Below, piece after piece: positions 34,950-45,332 of a stretch of 64,000 nt of DNA. Where the stretch lies: the NCBI GenBank assembly GCA_934514285.1, contig CAKSXE010000002.1, positions 18,804-82,803 of the forward strand. The letters are read 5' to 3'. The translations under genes and the position numbers were made by a program. The DNA comes from an uncultured Faecalibacterium sp. (GTDB lineage: Bacteria; Bacillota; Clostridia; Oscillospirales; Ruminococcaceae). A model generated the notes under the pieces. The model was given only the letters and a program-made list of their open reading frames with translations. It was not told the DNA's origin and searched no databases. The first letter of the stretch is position 1, and each line of letters begins with the position of its first letter.

Positions 34950-35873
34950 ATGGCTATTTCTGCAAAGGACGTTATGGAACTGCGCAAGCAGACCGACTGC
35001 GGCATGATGGAGTGCAAGAAGGCTCTGACCGAGGCTGACGGCAACTTCGAGAAGGCAATCGAGATCCTGCGTGAGCGTGGTCTGGCTACCGCCGCCAAGA
35101 AGGCAAGCCGCGTGGCTGCCGAGGGCATGGTCTACGCCGATTACTGCCCCGAGTGCAAGGTGGGCGTCGTCATCGAGGTCAACGCCGAGACCGACTTCGT
35201 CGCCAAGAACGACAAGTTCGTCGCCTTCGTCAAGGAGGCTACCAAGGTCATCATGAAGCAGAACCCCGCTGATGTCGAGGCTCTGATGGCTTGCAAGACC
35301 GAGAACGGCGAGACCGTCGATGAGGCTCTGAAGAACCTCATCCTGGTCATCAAGGAGAACATCAAGGTCCGCCGCTTCGTCCGTTACGAGGGCGTCTGCT
35401 CTGCATACGTCCACGGCGGCGGCACCCACGGCATCCTGGTCAACTTCGAGACCTCCAACGGCATCGAGGCTAAGGACGAGTTCGCTGCATACGGCAAGGA
35501 TGTTGCCATGCAGGTCGCAGCTGCCAACCCCAGCTACGTCGATGAGGCTGCTGTCCCCGCTGAGGTCGTCGCCAAGGAGAAGGAGATCCTCCTCGCTCAG
35601 ATGGCTAACGACCCGAAGAACGCCAACAAGCCCGACGCTGTGAAGCAGAAGATGATCGAGGGCAAGATCAAGAAGTACTTCAAGGAGAACTGCCTGGTCG
35701 ATCAGGAGTTCGTCAAGGACGGCGACATGACCGTCGGTCAGTACACTGCCAAGGTCGCAAAGGACCTGGGCGGCGAGATCAAGGTCATCAAGTTCACCCA
35801 CTTCGTCAAGGGCGAGGGCCTGGAGAAGCGCGCTGACGACTTCGCTGCTGAAGTCGCAAGCATGGTGAAGTAA
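34950..35873 (+). CDS. tsf: elongation factor Ts
   Basis: MAISAKDVMELRKQTDCGMMECKKAL UBA-like N-terminus; rpsB-tsf order. Confidence 0.9.
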   Translation: MAISAKDVMELRKQTDCGMMECKKALTEADGNFEKAIEILRERGLATAAKKASRVAAEGMVYADYCPECKVGVVIEVNAETDFVAKNDKFVAFVKEATKVIMKQNPADVEALMACKTENGETVDEALKNLILVIKENIKVRRFVRYEGVCSAYVHGGGTHGILVNFETSNGIEAKDEFAAYGKDVAMQVAAANPSYVDEAAVPAEVVAKEKEILLAQMANDPKNANKPDAVKQKMIEGKIKKYFKENCLVDQEFVKDGDMTVGQYTAKVAKDLGGEIKVIKFTHFVKGEGLEKRADDFAAEVASMVK

Positions 35874-35896
35874 TTTTAGCTTCTACTGCTGAGTAA

Positions 35897-35936
35897 AGAG
35901 CCGCAGTGCCTGTAACAGGGTGCTGCGGCTCTTTTT
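35897..35936 (+). terminator. rho-independent terminator after tsf
   Basis: agagccgcagtgcctgtaacagggtgctgcggctcttttt. Confidence 0.75.
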
Positions 35937-35960
35937 GTTGGTGCTTGTAAGGGAAACTGA

Positions 35961-36257
35961 GGAGGGGAGGCCTTGGCATTTCGTAAAGCTTGGCCTCTTC
36001 GCCAGAGGCTCCCCTACTAGGGGAGCTGTCGAACGAAGTGAGACTGAGAGGTTGTACGAAGGGAAGCCTGACCGTGAGCCGCTGCTGGACTCAACCTCTC
36101 CGTCAGCGCTGACGCGCTGCCACCTCCCCTACCGAGGGGAGGCTTTGGCAGTCCCCGCAAAGTGAACGGTTTCGCCAGAGGCTCCCCTACTAGGGGCAAC
36201 GGCGATGACCGCCGCCAGCGGCGGAAACAGGGAGTCGCTGTTGGGGCTGCGGCCAGC
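35961..36257. repeat. mosaic intergenic repeat copy E (R1 right half + full R1 + inverted M2 module)
   Basis: Two successive ...gagactgagaggttgtac / caacctctccgtca... units, followed by ggggcaacggcgatgaccgccgccagcggcggaaacagggagtcgctgttggggctgcggccagc (reverse complement of the copy A insert). Confidence 0.8.
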
Positions 36258-36363
36258 AGGATGCAAGCGACAGCGCACAGCACAATAAACAAACAAAAGC
36301 GCCGCCGACGGCCTCAAAACCGTCAGCGGCGCTTTGCTTATTCAGTCAACAGCGGTCAATGGA

Positions 36364-38091
36364 TCAGACCTTGGCCTCGCTGTTGTGCTCTGCCTTCTTG
36401 TAGGCGGAGAAGGAGTGGAAGACGATGTTCAGGCCCAGGATGATGAGCAGGACAGCCAGGATGAGCTGCAGGCCGTTGGCGATGAACACAGCGCCCCAAG
36501 TGGTCTCACCGGCAGGGATGGTGACAGCAGCGGCATTGCTGATGGCCTTGACCATAGCGATGAGGCGCTGCACCAGAGCGGTGAAGGTGACGCAGAGCAT
36601 GATGATGAGCGGGGGGAAGAGCATCTTGTTGCTGCGGCCGGTGACCTTCAGGAAGACGCACAGAGTAGACAGCACCAGAGCGCTCAGCAGCTGGTTTGCA
36701 GAGCCGAACAGGGGCCAGATGTTGGCGTAGCCGATCTTGGTCAGGATGAAGCCGAACACCAGAGTGATGAAGGTGGAGAAGTAGACGTTGCAGAGCAGCT
36801 TGCGCCAGCCCTCAGCGTGCTCCATGTCGTCCACGCTGAACAGCTCCTGGAAGCTCATGCGGCCGATACGGGCCACGGCATCCAGACTGGTCAGAGCCAG
36901 AGCGGAAACGCACATGGTCATAAAGACGGTGGCGGCATAAGCGGGGACGCCGAACATCTCAAAGAAGCCGGCGACGCCGCGGCTGAAGATCTGGAAGGGA
37001 GTGCCGGCGGCGGGGGTGCCGTCAGCAGCGGCAGCAGCACCGGCCACGCAGAGGGCCAGAACAGCCAGCAGGCTCTCGAGGATCATGGCGCCGTAGCCGA
37101 CCTTCAGCATATCCTTCTCGTTCTCGACGGTCTTGGAGGAAGTGCCGGAAGAGACGAGGCTGTGGAAGCCGGAGACCGCACCGCAGGCCACGGTGACGAA
37201 CAGGATGGGGAACATGGTACCCAGCTTCTCGTTGGTGAAACCGGTGAAGACGGGCAGGTTCATGGTGGGGTGAGCGACCAGCAGGCCCACCACAGCGCCG
37301 ATGATCATGGCCACGAACATGAAGGTGGTCATGTGGTCACGGGGCTGCTTCAGCAGCCACATGGGCAGAACGGCGGCAAAGAAGATGTAGACGAAGGTGA
37401 TGTAGCTCCATGCAGCCTTGCCCAGAATGAGGGGCAGGTTCGCACCGATGACGAAGGACAGCACGATGAACACGATGCTGATGACGCTCTCTTTCCAGCC
37501 GGAGAAGTTGAACTTCTTCTGGATGAGGCCGAAGACGACTGCAAACACCATGAACATGATGGAGACCATACCGGCAGCGCCGTTGGTCTGAGCAGCCTCC
37601 ACCAGAGCGCCGTCAGCGCCGAAGGCGTTGAAGGTACCGGCGACCATGTCAGCGAAGGCAGCGATGACGATGCCGCAGAACAGCCAGCAGAACAGCAGGA
37701 ACAGCTTGCGGCCGGTCTTGCCGATGTACTTCTCGATCAGCATACCCATGCTCTTGCCGTCGTTCTTGACGGAAGCGTAGAGAGCGCCGAAGTCGGTGAC
37801 AGCGCCGAAGAAGATGCCGCCCAGCAGCACCCACAGCAGGACAGGCAGCCAGCCGAAGGCTGCGGCCTGAATGGCACCGGTGACAGGGCCTGCACCGGCG
37901 ATGGAGCTGAACTGGTGTGCAAACACGGTCCAGCCGTTGGTGGGGACATAGTCGCGGCCATCCTCGTGGACGACTGCGGGGGTCTTGGCGGCGGGGTCGA
38001 TGCCCCACTTGTTGGCCAGCCAGCGGCCGTACAGCGTATAAGCGCCGAACAGACACACGGCTGCGATCAAAACGATGACCAGCGTATTCAT
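36364..38091 (-). CDS. cstA: carbon starvation protein A
   Basis: MNTLVIVLIAAVCLFGAYTLYGRWLANKWGID... CstA family, 575 aa, polytopic. Confidence 0.85.
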   Translation of the reverse strand: MNTLVIVLIAAVCLFGAYTLYGRWLANKWGIDPAAKTPAVVHEDGRDYVPTNGWTVFAHQFSSIAGAGPVTGAIQAAAFGWLPVLLWVLLGGIFFGAVTDFGALYASVKNDGKSMGMLIEKYIGKTGRKLFLLFCWLFCGIVIAAFADMVAGTFNAFGADGALVEAAQTNGAAGMVSIMFMVFAVVFGLIQKKFNFSGWKESVISIVFIVLSFVIGANLPLILGKAAWSYITFVYIFFAAVLPMWLLKQPRDHMTTFMFVAMIIGAVVGLLVAHPTMNLPVFTGFTNEKLGTMFPILFVTVACGAVSGFHSLVSSGTSSKTVENEKDMLKVGYGAMILESLLAVLALCVAGAAAAADGTPAAGTPFQIFSRGVAGFFEMFGVPAYAATVFMTMCVSALALTSLDAVARIGRMSFQELFSVDDMEHAEGWRKLLCNVYFSTFITLVFGFILTKIGYANIWPLFGSANQLLSALVLSTLCVFLKVTGRSNKMLFPPLIIMLCVTFTALVQRLIAMVKAISNAAAVTIPAGETTWGAVFIANGLQLILAVLLIILGLNIVFHSFSAYKKAEHNSEAKV

Positions 38092-38810
38092 TTCTTTATA
38101 CCTCTTTCCTTTCTTTCACACCGGCAGCCGACAATGGCGGGCAGGGCGGCTGTGCCCAAAAGCAGAGCAGGCGAAACGGCCCGGAGGGGTGAAAAAAGCC
38201 TCCGTCCTCATGAAAGACAGAGACACAAAGATGTGTCCCATCTTCCTCGAAGACGAAGGCCAAACGGTGCATCTGCACCGGTCGTTCTCCGCGGTACCAC
38301 TTCGTTTGCTGCTTTCGGGAGCAGCCGCTTGCGCGTACAGGCGTTCCTGCCGCCGATACGCCGCCCTGTAACGTGGGCTGAACGGCCATGCACTACTGCC
38401 CAGAATGGGGTTCACGCAGGCTGCTCGCAGGTGAGGGCCTCTCGCACTGTGCTGCCGTCTTGCACCGGAATGGCGGCTCTCTGAGCGCAGGGAATGCGAA
38501 AAGTCATGTCCTGTTCATTGCATTTGCCGAATGATTGTGTATACTTTAGTCCCGATTTCATAATTTGTCAATATATTTTGGGCAAGTTAGGAGACTATGC
38601 CATTTTTGCGAAGGAGAAGATAAGAAAATTTAGGCGATTTTTGTTCAGATGTGAGATGAATAAAACTGAATGCCTCCACAGGTGAAATCTGGTAAACTCC
38701 CGAAAAGAAAGAGCGGACACTTGACTTTTACACTTTCAAGTGCTAAAGTAACAGAGTAACAAGAAGACCCCTGCCGCACCCCGCGGCACTTTGCCCTAAA
38801 GGAGGCAGCT

Positions 38811-39119
38811 ATGGCGGACAAGAACCCCAGAAGAAACCCCACCACCGACGCACTGTTCGACGCGATCCTGAGTCTTGAGACGAGGGAGGAGTGCTACAAC
38901 TTCTTCGAAGACCTCTGCACGGTCAAGGAGATCTCCGATATGGCCCAGCGTCTGGAAGCGGCCAAGCTCCTGCTCGGCGGCAGCACCTACGACCAGATCG
39001 TAAAGGCGGTGGAGATCAGCACCGCCACCATCAGCCGCATCAACCGCTGCATCCAGTATGGCTCCGGCGGCTACCGCGACACCATCGAGAAGGTACAGAA
39101 GGCCGCAAAGCCGGAGTGA
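38811..39119 (+). CDS. yerC: YerC/YecD family TrpR-like protein
   Basis: Conserved YerC pattern LFDAILSLETREECYNFFEDLCTVKEI...TYDQI. Confidence 0.7.
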   Translation: MADKNPRRNPTTDALFDAILSLETREECYNFFEDLCTVKEISDMAQRLEAAKLLLGGSTYDQIVKAVEISTATISRINRCIQYGSGGYRDTIEKVQKAAKPE

Positions 39120-39187
39120 CATCCGGGCGGCGAGGCACATAGGATGGACTGCGCCCTATCCCTATTATAGAAAGGAAGGTCCTTCTT

Positions 39188-39520
39188 ATGGCTGATACCA
39201 CCAACTGCACCCCCTGCGTTTCCTGCGACTGCCCTGCGCTGCCGAGAGTTTCCCTCGACCAGGCCGTCATCGACCTGATGGAGAGCATCGCTCTGCAGGA
39301 GTCGGCCCTGAGCCACATCCTCTGCGCCGAGACCCAGAAGATGAAAGCCGCCCTCAGCATGGAGGAGCTGGACCTGTGCAAGCTGCTGGAAGTCAACGAC
39401 TCCGCCACCAACATGGTCCACGCCGTGGCGAACCTTGAGCTGGTGCTGAAAGAGAAGCTGGAATTCATCGCCAACAACCTCTACTACCCCTCGACGGGGA
39501 ACTGCACCACCGAGAGCTGA
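39188..39520 (+). CDS. hypothetical protein with Cys-rich N-terminus
   Basis: AGGAAGG RBS; MADTTNCTPCVSCDCPALP...; helical remainder; no family recognised. Confidence 0.4.
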   Translation: MADTTNCTPCVSCDCPALPRVSLDQAVIDLMESIALQESALSHILCAETQKMKAALSMEELDLCKLLEVNDSATNMVHAVANLELVLKEKLEFIANNLYYPSTGNCTTES

Positions 39521-39690
39521 TGTCAAAATGCGACTGCCCGCCCGCAATGGGTGGGCAGTTTTTGCTTTCCGGGGCGGGGTGGCCTAAAAATATGTATAAA
39601 AGTCGGAAAAGTGTTTTGTTGGAATTGCTGAATATCGAAATCTGTGCTATACTATATAATGTTTATCCAAAGAGAAAGGGGAACCTGACC

Positions 39691-40359
39691 TTGCTGCACT
39701 ACGATGCGATCCTGTTTGACGTGGACGGTACGCTCATCGATTCCGCCCCCGGCATTCTCAATACAATGGAAGAAGTTTTCCGCTCCATGGGCGTTGACAT
39801 CGCCCGGAGCGACCTTGGCCGCTACATCGGCCCGCCCCTCCGCAAGAGCTTCGGCGAGCATTTCTCCGACCCCGCAAAAATCGAGGAGGCTACCGAGCGC
39901 TACCGCGTGAGCTACGCCGCCAAGGGCCGCCACGAGGGCGATGTCTACCCCGGCGTGGTGGAGATGCTGGGCCGTCTCAAGGCTGCGGGCCTGACCCTCT
40001 GCACGGCCACCTGCAAGCCCACCGACGTGGTGAGGCCCATCCTCGAGGAGAAGGGCCTTGCGCCCTACTTCTCCTTCGTGGGCGGCGCGTCCATGGATGA
40101 GAGCCGCGACAACAAGACCGACGTCATCCGCCACGTCCTCGCCCAGCCCGTCATGCAGGGCAAGCGGGTGCTGATGGTGGGCGACCGCCGGGACGATATG
40201 CAGGGCGCTGTGAACTGTGGTCTGGACGCCGCCGCTGTGCTCTACGGCTACGGCGGCAGGGAAGAGGTCGCCCCCTTTGCGCCGGTCTTTATGGCCGCTG
40301 ACTGCAAAGAGCTGACGGACTGGGTCCTCCGCCCGGCGGACGAGCCTTCCCATTCCTGA
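39691..40359 (+). CDS. HAD-superfamily hydrolase (phosphoglycolate-phosphatase-like)
   Basis: TTG start after AGAAAGGGGAA RBS gives MLHYDAILFDVDGTLIDS (motif I); the tool ORF 39520..40359 has an implausible upstream extension. Confidence 0.6.
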   Translation: MLHYDAILFDVDGTLIDSAPGILNTMEEVFRSMGVDIARSDLGRYIGPPLRKSFGEHFSDPAKIEEATERYRVSYAAKGRHEGDVYPGVVEMLGRLKAAGLTLCTATCKPTDVVRPILEEKGLAPYFSFVGGASMDESRDNKTDVIRHVLAQPVMQGKRVLMVGDRRDDMQGAVNCGLDAAAVLYGYGGREEVAPFAPVFMAADCKELTDWVLRPADEPSHS

Positions 40360-40378
40360 AACGAGAGGGACTGAATCT

Positions 40379-42211
40379 ATGAGTCGAAAAAGACAACAAC
40401 AAAACGAAACCATGACTCCGATGCAGCATCGGGCCGTTCTGGTCTGCATCCTCTGCGTGCTGGCGGTGCTGCTGACCTTCGGCATCACCACCACCCTTCT
40501 CAAAAAGGGCGGCGAGGAGCCTGCTCCCTCCGTCTCGGAGTCCGTGGCAGACCCCACCCCCGGCGAAGACCTGTCGAGCCACTACCAAATTGATAACGCC
40601 TCCACCGCCCTGCTGACGGAGACCGCCGACGCCGGCACGGACTATCTGAACGACACCCTCTTTCTGGGCGACTCCAACACCGTCCGCCTCTACAACAACG
40701 GTCTCATCTCCCTGCAGCAGTTCTGCGCCAAAGAGGGCATCGGCACCCAGGCCGCCCTCAGCGAGGGCATCGTTACCTTTAAGAAGGACTCCAACCACTA
40801 CACCATCCCTCAGGCGGTGGCCATGATGAAGCCCCGCCGGGTGGTCATGACCTTTGGCACCAACGACACCGGGATGGAAGTCCCGGACTTCATCGCCCAC
40901 TACACGGCCCTCATTCAGGCCATCCAGCAGAGCTACCCCTACACCGACATCATCGTCAACACGGTGCCGCCGGTCCCGGTCAATCACTCCAACTACCCCC
41001 ACATGGACCAGGCCAAAATCGACGACTTCAACATGGCCCTTCTGGACATGTGCGAGCAGCTGGGCGTCCGTTTCCTCAACTCCGCCGAGGCCCTCAAGGG
41101 CAGCGACGGCTACGGCATCGCGGACTACTACACCAACGGCGACATCCACCTCAAGAGCGCCGGTCTCAAGGCAGTGCTGAACTATCTCCGCACCCACGCT
41201 CTGCAGACCGAGGACCGCCGCCCCGACACCAACAACATCCCCACCCGCACCATGGAGTATGTCTCCAACCCCAGCTCCGCCGTGGCCGCTCCCAGCTCGG
41301 AGGCTGTCAGTTCCAGCGAGAGTCAGGCCGAGAGTGCCAGCAGCTCGGAGAGCTCTTCCAGCGAGAGCACCAGCGAGGGCAAGAAGTACGAGGCCCGCTA
41401 CCGCGTCGATAAGAACGGCGGCGGCACTCTGAGCGTCGGCAATGACACCGGCAACAGCTCCGTGACCTACACCGTCACCGACCCCGACAAGTCCATCACC
41501 GTGACCGCTGTCCCGGCGGAGGGCCACGTCTTCGTCAAGTGGAGCGACGGCCTCACCAGCAAGACCCGCACCGACACCGACTTCAAGCAGAATCTGGACG
41601 TCACGGCAGTCTTCGGCACGGCCTCCGTCCACATCACCAGCGAGGGCAAGGGCGCTGTGGGCAGCTCCTACACCTTCAAGGCGGCTTTGAGCGGCAAGTA
41701 CGCCAAGGCCGAGAACCTGCGCTGGTACGCCAACGGTCAGGAGGTCACGCAGGCCGCCGGCAAGTCCAGCATCACTGTGGTGGTGGACAGCTCCATGGTC
41801 AACGCTTCCTATAAAATTCACGCCGTCGTCACCTACAACGACTGCAAGGTGAGCAGCAACACCCTGACCATCACCATCGGCAGCGGTGTGACCAGTGAGT
41901 CCGGTTCCGCCAGCAGCTCGTCTTCGTCCCATGCCGGTTCTTCCGGCAGTACATCCTCTTCGTCTTCCTCTGCAAGCTCGGGCAGCTCTTCCAGCTCTTC
42001 CCACAGCACCAGCAGTTCGTCGTCGGCATCGTCCGGTATGGCGTCCAGCAGCTCCAAGGCAGAGTCGGAGTCCGAAAGCAAGGCTGAGTCCAAGACTGAG
42101 AGCAAAGCGGAGTCGAAGGCAGAATCCAAATCCGAAAGCAAAGCAGAGTCCAAGGCCGAAAGCAAGTCGGAAGCCTCTGCCAGCAAGGAAGCCGAAAGCA
42201 AGGCGGAATGA
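40379..42211 (+). CDS. SGNH/GDSL-type hydrolase, membrane-anchored, with Ser-rich linker and (K/S)AESK tandem-repeat tail
   Basis: N-terminal TM; LFLGDSNT GDSL-like block; C-terminal poly-Ser then ESKAESKTESKAESK repeats. Confidence 0.55.
   Translation: MSRKRQQQNETMTPMQHRAVLVCILCVLAVLLTFGITTTLLKKGGEEPAPSVSESVADPTPGEDLSSHYQIDNASTALLTETADAGTDYLNDTLFLGDSNTVRLYNNGLISLQQFCAKEGIGTQAALSEGIVTFKKDSNHYTIPQAVAMMKPRRVVMTFGTNDTGMEVPDFIAHYTALIQAIQQSYPYTDIIVNTVPPVPVNHSNYPHMDQAKIDDFNMALLDMCEQLGVRFLNSAEALKGSDGYGIADYYTNGDIHLKSAGLKAVLNYLRTHALQTEDRRPDTNNIPTRTMEYVSNPSSAVAAPSSEAVSSSESQAESASSSESSSSESTSEGKKYEARYRVDKNGGGTLSVGNDTGNSSVTYTVTDPDKSITVTAVPAEGHVFVKWSDGLTSKTRTDTDFKQNLDVTAVFGTASVHITSEGKGAVGSSYTFKAALSGKYAKAENLRWYANGQEVTQAAGKSSITVVVDSSMVNASYKIHAVVTYNDCKVSSNTLTITIGSGVTSESGSASSSSSSHAGSSGSTSSSSSSASSGSSSSSSHSTSSSSSASSGMASSSSKAESESESKAESKTESKAESKAESKSESKAESKAESKSEASASKEAESKAE
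42059..42205 (+). repeat. in-frame 15-nt tandem repeats encoding (K/S)AESK
   Basis: aaggcagagtcggag / agcaaggctgagtcc / aagactgagagc ... Confidence 0.7.
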
Positions 42212-42267
42212 CGCCCCGCACCTTCCTCTGCGCAGCCGCATAGGCTGAGCCGAGAGGAGGCGAGCGG

Positions 42268-42498
42268 ATGTTCCGTGAAGAAATGCGAGTCCCCGGCCTG
42301 CCCGGCGCAGAAGATGTGACCGACGGCAGCGTGGACTACTACGACATGGATTGGGAAAACGTCGAGAACGGCGTGACGGAGGAGCAGATGGCAAAGTGCA
42401 TCGCAAAAGAGTGCGCCTGCACATCGCGCTGTAAGTGCAGCGGGAATTTGCCGGACCAGTCCGACGAGGGCGCCTATGAAATGACGTTGGAAGGATAA
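42268..42498 (+). CDS. hypothetical small acidic Cys-rich protein
   Basis: GAGGAGG RBS; CIAKECACTSRCKCSGN cluster. Confidence 0.4.
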   Translation: MFREEMRVPGLPGAEDVTDGSVDYYDMDWENVENGVTEEQMAKCIAKECACTSRCKCSGNLPDQSDEGAYEMTLEG

Positions 42499-42619
42499 AA
42501 AATACGAGAAGCCAGCTCTGCCGGGCGGGGCTGGCTTCTCGCTGTTCTCAAACCGCACCGCTGCCGCACCCGCATAAAGCGGCAGGCGGCTCGAAACATG
42601 ATAGAGAAGGGAAAGAAAC

Positions 42620-43360
42620 ATGGCAAAATATTATTGCATCCTCTTCGATGCAGACAATACGCTTCTGGACTTTGACGCCGCCGAAAACAAGGCGCTGGCT
42701 GAGACGCTGGTGGAATACGGCATCGAGCCGGACGCCGGGACGGTGCAGACCTACCGGGACATCAACTCGGAGCTGTGGCGTCAGCTGGAAAAAGGCCAGA
42801 TACGCCGCGACAAGCTGATGGGGGAGCGCTTCACCCGCTTCCTCAAGGCCATCGACGCAGCCGGTGACGGCGTGGAGATGAACCGCTGCTACCTCGACCA
42901 CCTGTCCTCCCACCCCGACCTGATGACCCCCAATGTGCTGGACGTCCTCGGGGAGCTTTCCGAGGTGGCGACGCTGGCCATCGTGACCAACGGCTTCGAG
43001 AAGGTGCAGAGCCGCCGGGTGGCAGAATCCGGCATCGGGGCCTACCTTGAGGACGTCTTCATCTCCGAGAAGCTGGACAGCGAGAAGCCCAGCCGCCGCA
43101 TCTTCGACTCTGCCCTCCGCGCTCTGGGCGTGGAGAACCGGGAACACGTCCTGGTGGTGGGCGACAGCCTCACCAGCGACATTCAGGGCGGCGTGAACGC
43201 GGGCCTCGACACCTGCTGGTTCAACCCCGGCCACGCCGAGAACCCGGGCAAGGTGAGCCCCACCTATGAGATCGCCTCGCTGGAAGAGCTCTACCCGCTG
43301 GTGATGGAGCCGGAAGAGCTGGCGAACCTCGGCCTCAAGCACCGCCGTCATCAGCTGTAA
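42620..43360 (+). CDS. HAD-superfamily hydrolase (YjjG-like nucleotidase subfamily)
   Basis: ILFDADNTLLDF motif I; VGDSLTSDIQGGVNAGL motif III. Confidence 0.7.
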   Translation: MAKYYCILFDADNTLLDFDAAENKALAETLVEYGIEPDAGTVQTYRDINSELWRQLEKGQIRRDKLMGERFTRFLKAIDAAGDGVEMNRCYLDHLSSHPDLMTPNVLDVLGELSEVATLAIVTNGFEKVQSRRVAESGIGAYLEDVFISEKLDSEKPSRRIFDSALRALGVENREHVLVVGDSLTSDIQGGVNAGLDTCWFNPGHAENPGKVSPTYEIASLEELYPLVMEPEELANLGLKHRRHQL

Positions 43361-43411
43361 CGGCGGGAATGTCCCCATCCACCCTACTGGAAAAGAACAC
43401 GGAAGAACGAT

Positions 43412-45307
43412 ATGCTGATTCATTTGGAAAAACTCGGAAAGAGCTTTGGCGAGAAAGTCGTCCTGCACGACGTGAGCGCCAGCGTGGAAAAAGAAGACCG
43501 CATCGGCATCGTGGGCCAGAACGGCGCAGGCAAGACGACCCTGCTCAAGATCCTGACCGGCGTCTACACCGACTATGACGGCGAGTTCAGCGTGACCCAC
43601 GGCGTGACGCTGGGCTATCTGGAGCAGAACGCAAAGCTCGATGTTACGTTGGATATTTACGGGGAGATGCGCTCTTCCTTTGCCCCTGTGCTGGACGCCA
43701 TGGCCCAGATGCAGATCCTGGAAAAGAAGATGGCGGCCTCTCCCGACGACGTCGCCCTTCTCGAAAAGCACGACGAATTGCAGAACATCATCGACGCCGC
43801 CGACGGCTATAACATGGACGTCAACATCAAGAAGGTGCTGTCCGGCATGGGCTTTGCGCAGGATACCTGGAGCAAAAACGTGGGCGTCCTCTCCGGCGGT
43901 GAGCTGACCCGTCTCCGTCTGGCCAAGCTCCTCCTCGAGAAGCCGGACGTCCTCATTCTGGACGAGCCCACCAACCATCTGGACTTCGCCACCATGGAGT
44001 GGCTGGAAAACTACCTCAAGGGCTACTCCGGTGCCGTTCTGGTGGTCAGCCACGACCGCTATTTCCTCGACAACGTCTGTACCAAGATCTGGGAAGTCTC
44101 CTTCCAGACCATGACCACCTATAAGGGCAACTTCTCGGCTTATCTGCCCCAGAAGGAAGCCGCCGACGCCCTGCGCCAGAAGCAGCACGACGCCGACGTG
44201 GCGCTGGCTGAAAAGCTGCAGGACTACATCGACCGCAACCTCGTCCGCGCCTCCACCACCAAGATGGCCCAGAGCCGCCGCAAGCAGCTGGAAAAGCTGG
44301 AGATCACCGAGGCTCCTCAGGACGAGACCAACCAGCTCAAGTTCCGCTTCGAATACGACGTAGAGCCGTGGAATGAGCTGGTGCTGCTCAAGAACCTGAC
44401 CATTCAGATCGGCGACCGCACCCTGCTGGAACCCTTCACCTATACGGTCTGCCGCGGCCAGCGGCTCATCATCGCCGGCCCCAACGGCGCAGGCAAATCC
44501 ACCCTGATGCAGGTGCTGGACGGCAAGCGCCGCCCCTCCGGCGGCATGGTCCGCCTTGGCACCGGCGCACGGCCCAGCATCTTCGCCCAGCAGCAGAATC
44601 GCATCGGCGCGGGCCGTGTCATCGACGTCATCTGGAACAAATACCCCCGGATGACCGAGCTGGAAGTCCGCAGCCATCTGGCAAAGCTGGGCTTCCGGGG
44701 CGAGACGGTCTTCAAGCCCTGCGAGGCCCTGTCCGGCGGCGAGCTGGCCCGTCTGCGCTTTGCAGAGATCGTGCTGGAACGCCCGAACCTGCTGTTCCTG
44801 GACGAGCCCACCAACCATCTGGACATCTACACCCGCGAGAACCTGACCGAGGCGCTGATGGCCTACACCGGCACCCTGCTCCTCGTCACCCATGACCGCC
44901 ACCTGATGAACAGTCTGGCCTGCCCCATCCTCTACCTCGAGGACGGCAAGGCGGTCATCTACCCCAGCTATGACGCCCTGATGGGCCGCGCCGCTCCCGC
45001 CCCTGTGGCCGAGAAGAGCAGCGAGCCTGCCAAGGCGGGCTACGGAAAAGAGCAGCGCCGCCGCCGGGCCGAGCTGCGCGCCAAGATCAAAGCCTGCGAG
45101 GACGAGATGGAAGCCTGCGGCGCCCGCGAGGTGGAGCTGGAAAACGAGATCAACTCGCCGGAGGTCTACAACGACCCCCAGCTTTTGCGGGAAAAGAGCG
45201 ACGAGCTCAGCGACCTGCGCTTCCATCAGGACGAGCTTTTCGCCGCATGGGAAGCCGCCGTCGAGGAGCAGGAGCAGTACGAGCAGGCCGCCGGCGGCGA
45301 AGAATAA
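43412..45307 (+). CDS. ABC-F family ATPase (tandem ABC domains, no TMD)
   Basis: Two Walker A sites (GQNGAGKTT, GPNGAGKST), two LSGGE signatures, inter-domain linker and C-terminal coiled coil. Confidence 0.8.
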   Translation: MLIHLEKLGKSFGEKVVLHDVSASVEKEDRIGIVGQNGAGKTTLLKILTGVYTDYDGEFSVTHGVTLGYLEQNAKLDVTLDIYGEMRSSFAPVLDAMAQMQILEKKMAASPDDVALLEKHDELQNIIDAADGYNMDVNIKKVLSGMGFAQDTWSKNVGVLSGGELTRLRLAKLLLEKPDVLILDEPTNHLDFATMEWLENYLKGYSGAVLVVSHDRYFLDNVCTKIWEVSFQTMTTYKGNFSAYLPQKEAADALRQKQHDADVALAEKLQDYIDRNLVRASTTKMAQSRRKQLEKLEITEAPQDETNQLKFRFEYDVEPWNELVLLKNLTIQIGDRTLLEPFTYTVCRGQRLIIAGPNGAGKSTLMQVLDGKRRPSGGMVRLGTGARPSIFAQQQNRIGAGRVIDVIWNKYPRMTELEVRSHLAKLGFRGETVFKPCEALSGGELARLRFAEIVLERPNLLFLDEPTNHLDIYTRENLTEALMAYTGTLLLVTHDRHLMNSLACPILYLEDGKAVIYPSYDALMGRAAPAPVAEKSSEPAKAGYGKEQRRRRAELRAKIKACEDEMEACGAREVELENEINSPEVYNDPQLLREKSDELSDLRFHQDELFAAWEAAVEEQEQYEQAAGGEE

Positions 45308-45332
45308 ACGATGCAGCAAAGGGGGAGAGCCG

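Noticed and set aside
3853-36257. Considered whether the multi-copy repeats form a CRISPR array
   Set aside because: Copies are 140-290 bp, internally palindromic, mosaic and scattered over 30 kb with genes between them. There is no regular repeat-spacer periodicity and no cas genes.
38494-38685. 63-aa ORF in the AT-rich cstA/yerC divergent intergenic region
   Set aside because: Lies in a low-GC promoter region, has no RBS and an implausible composition. More likely noncoding promoter DNA.
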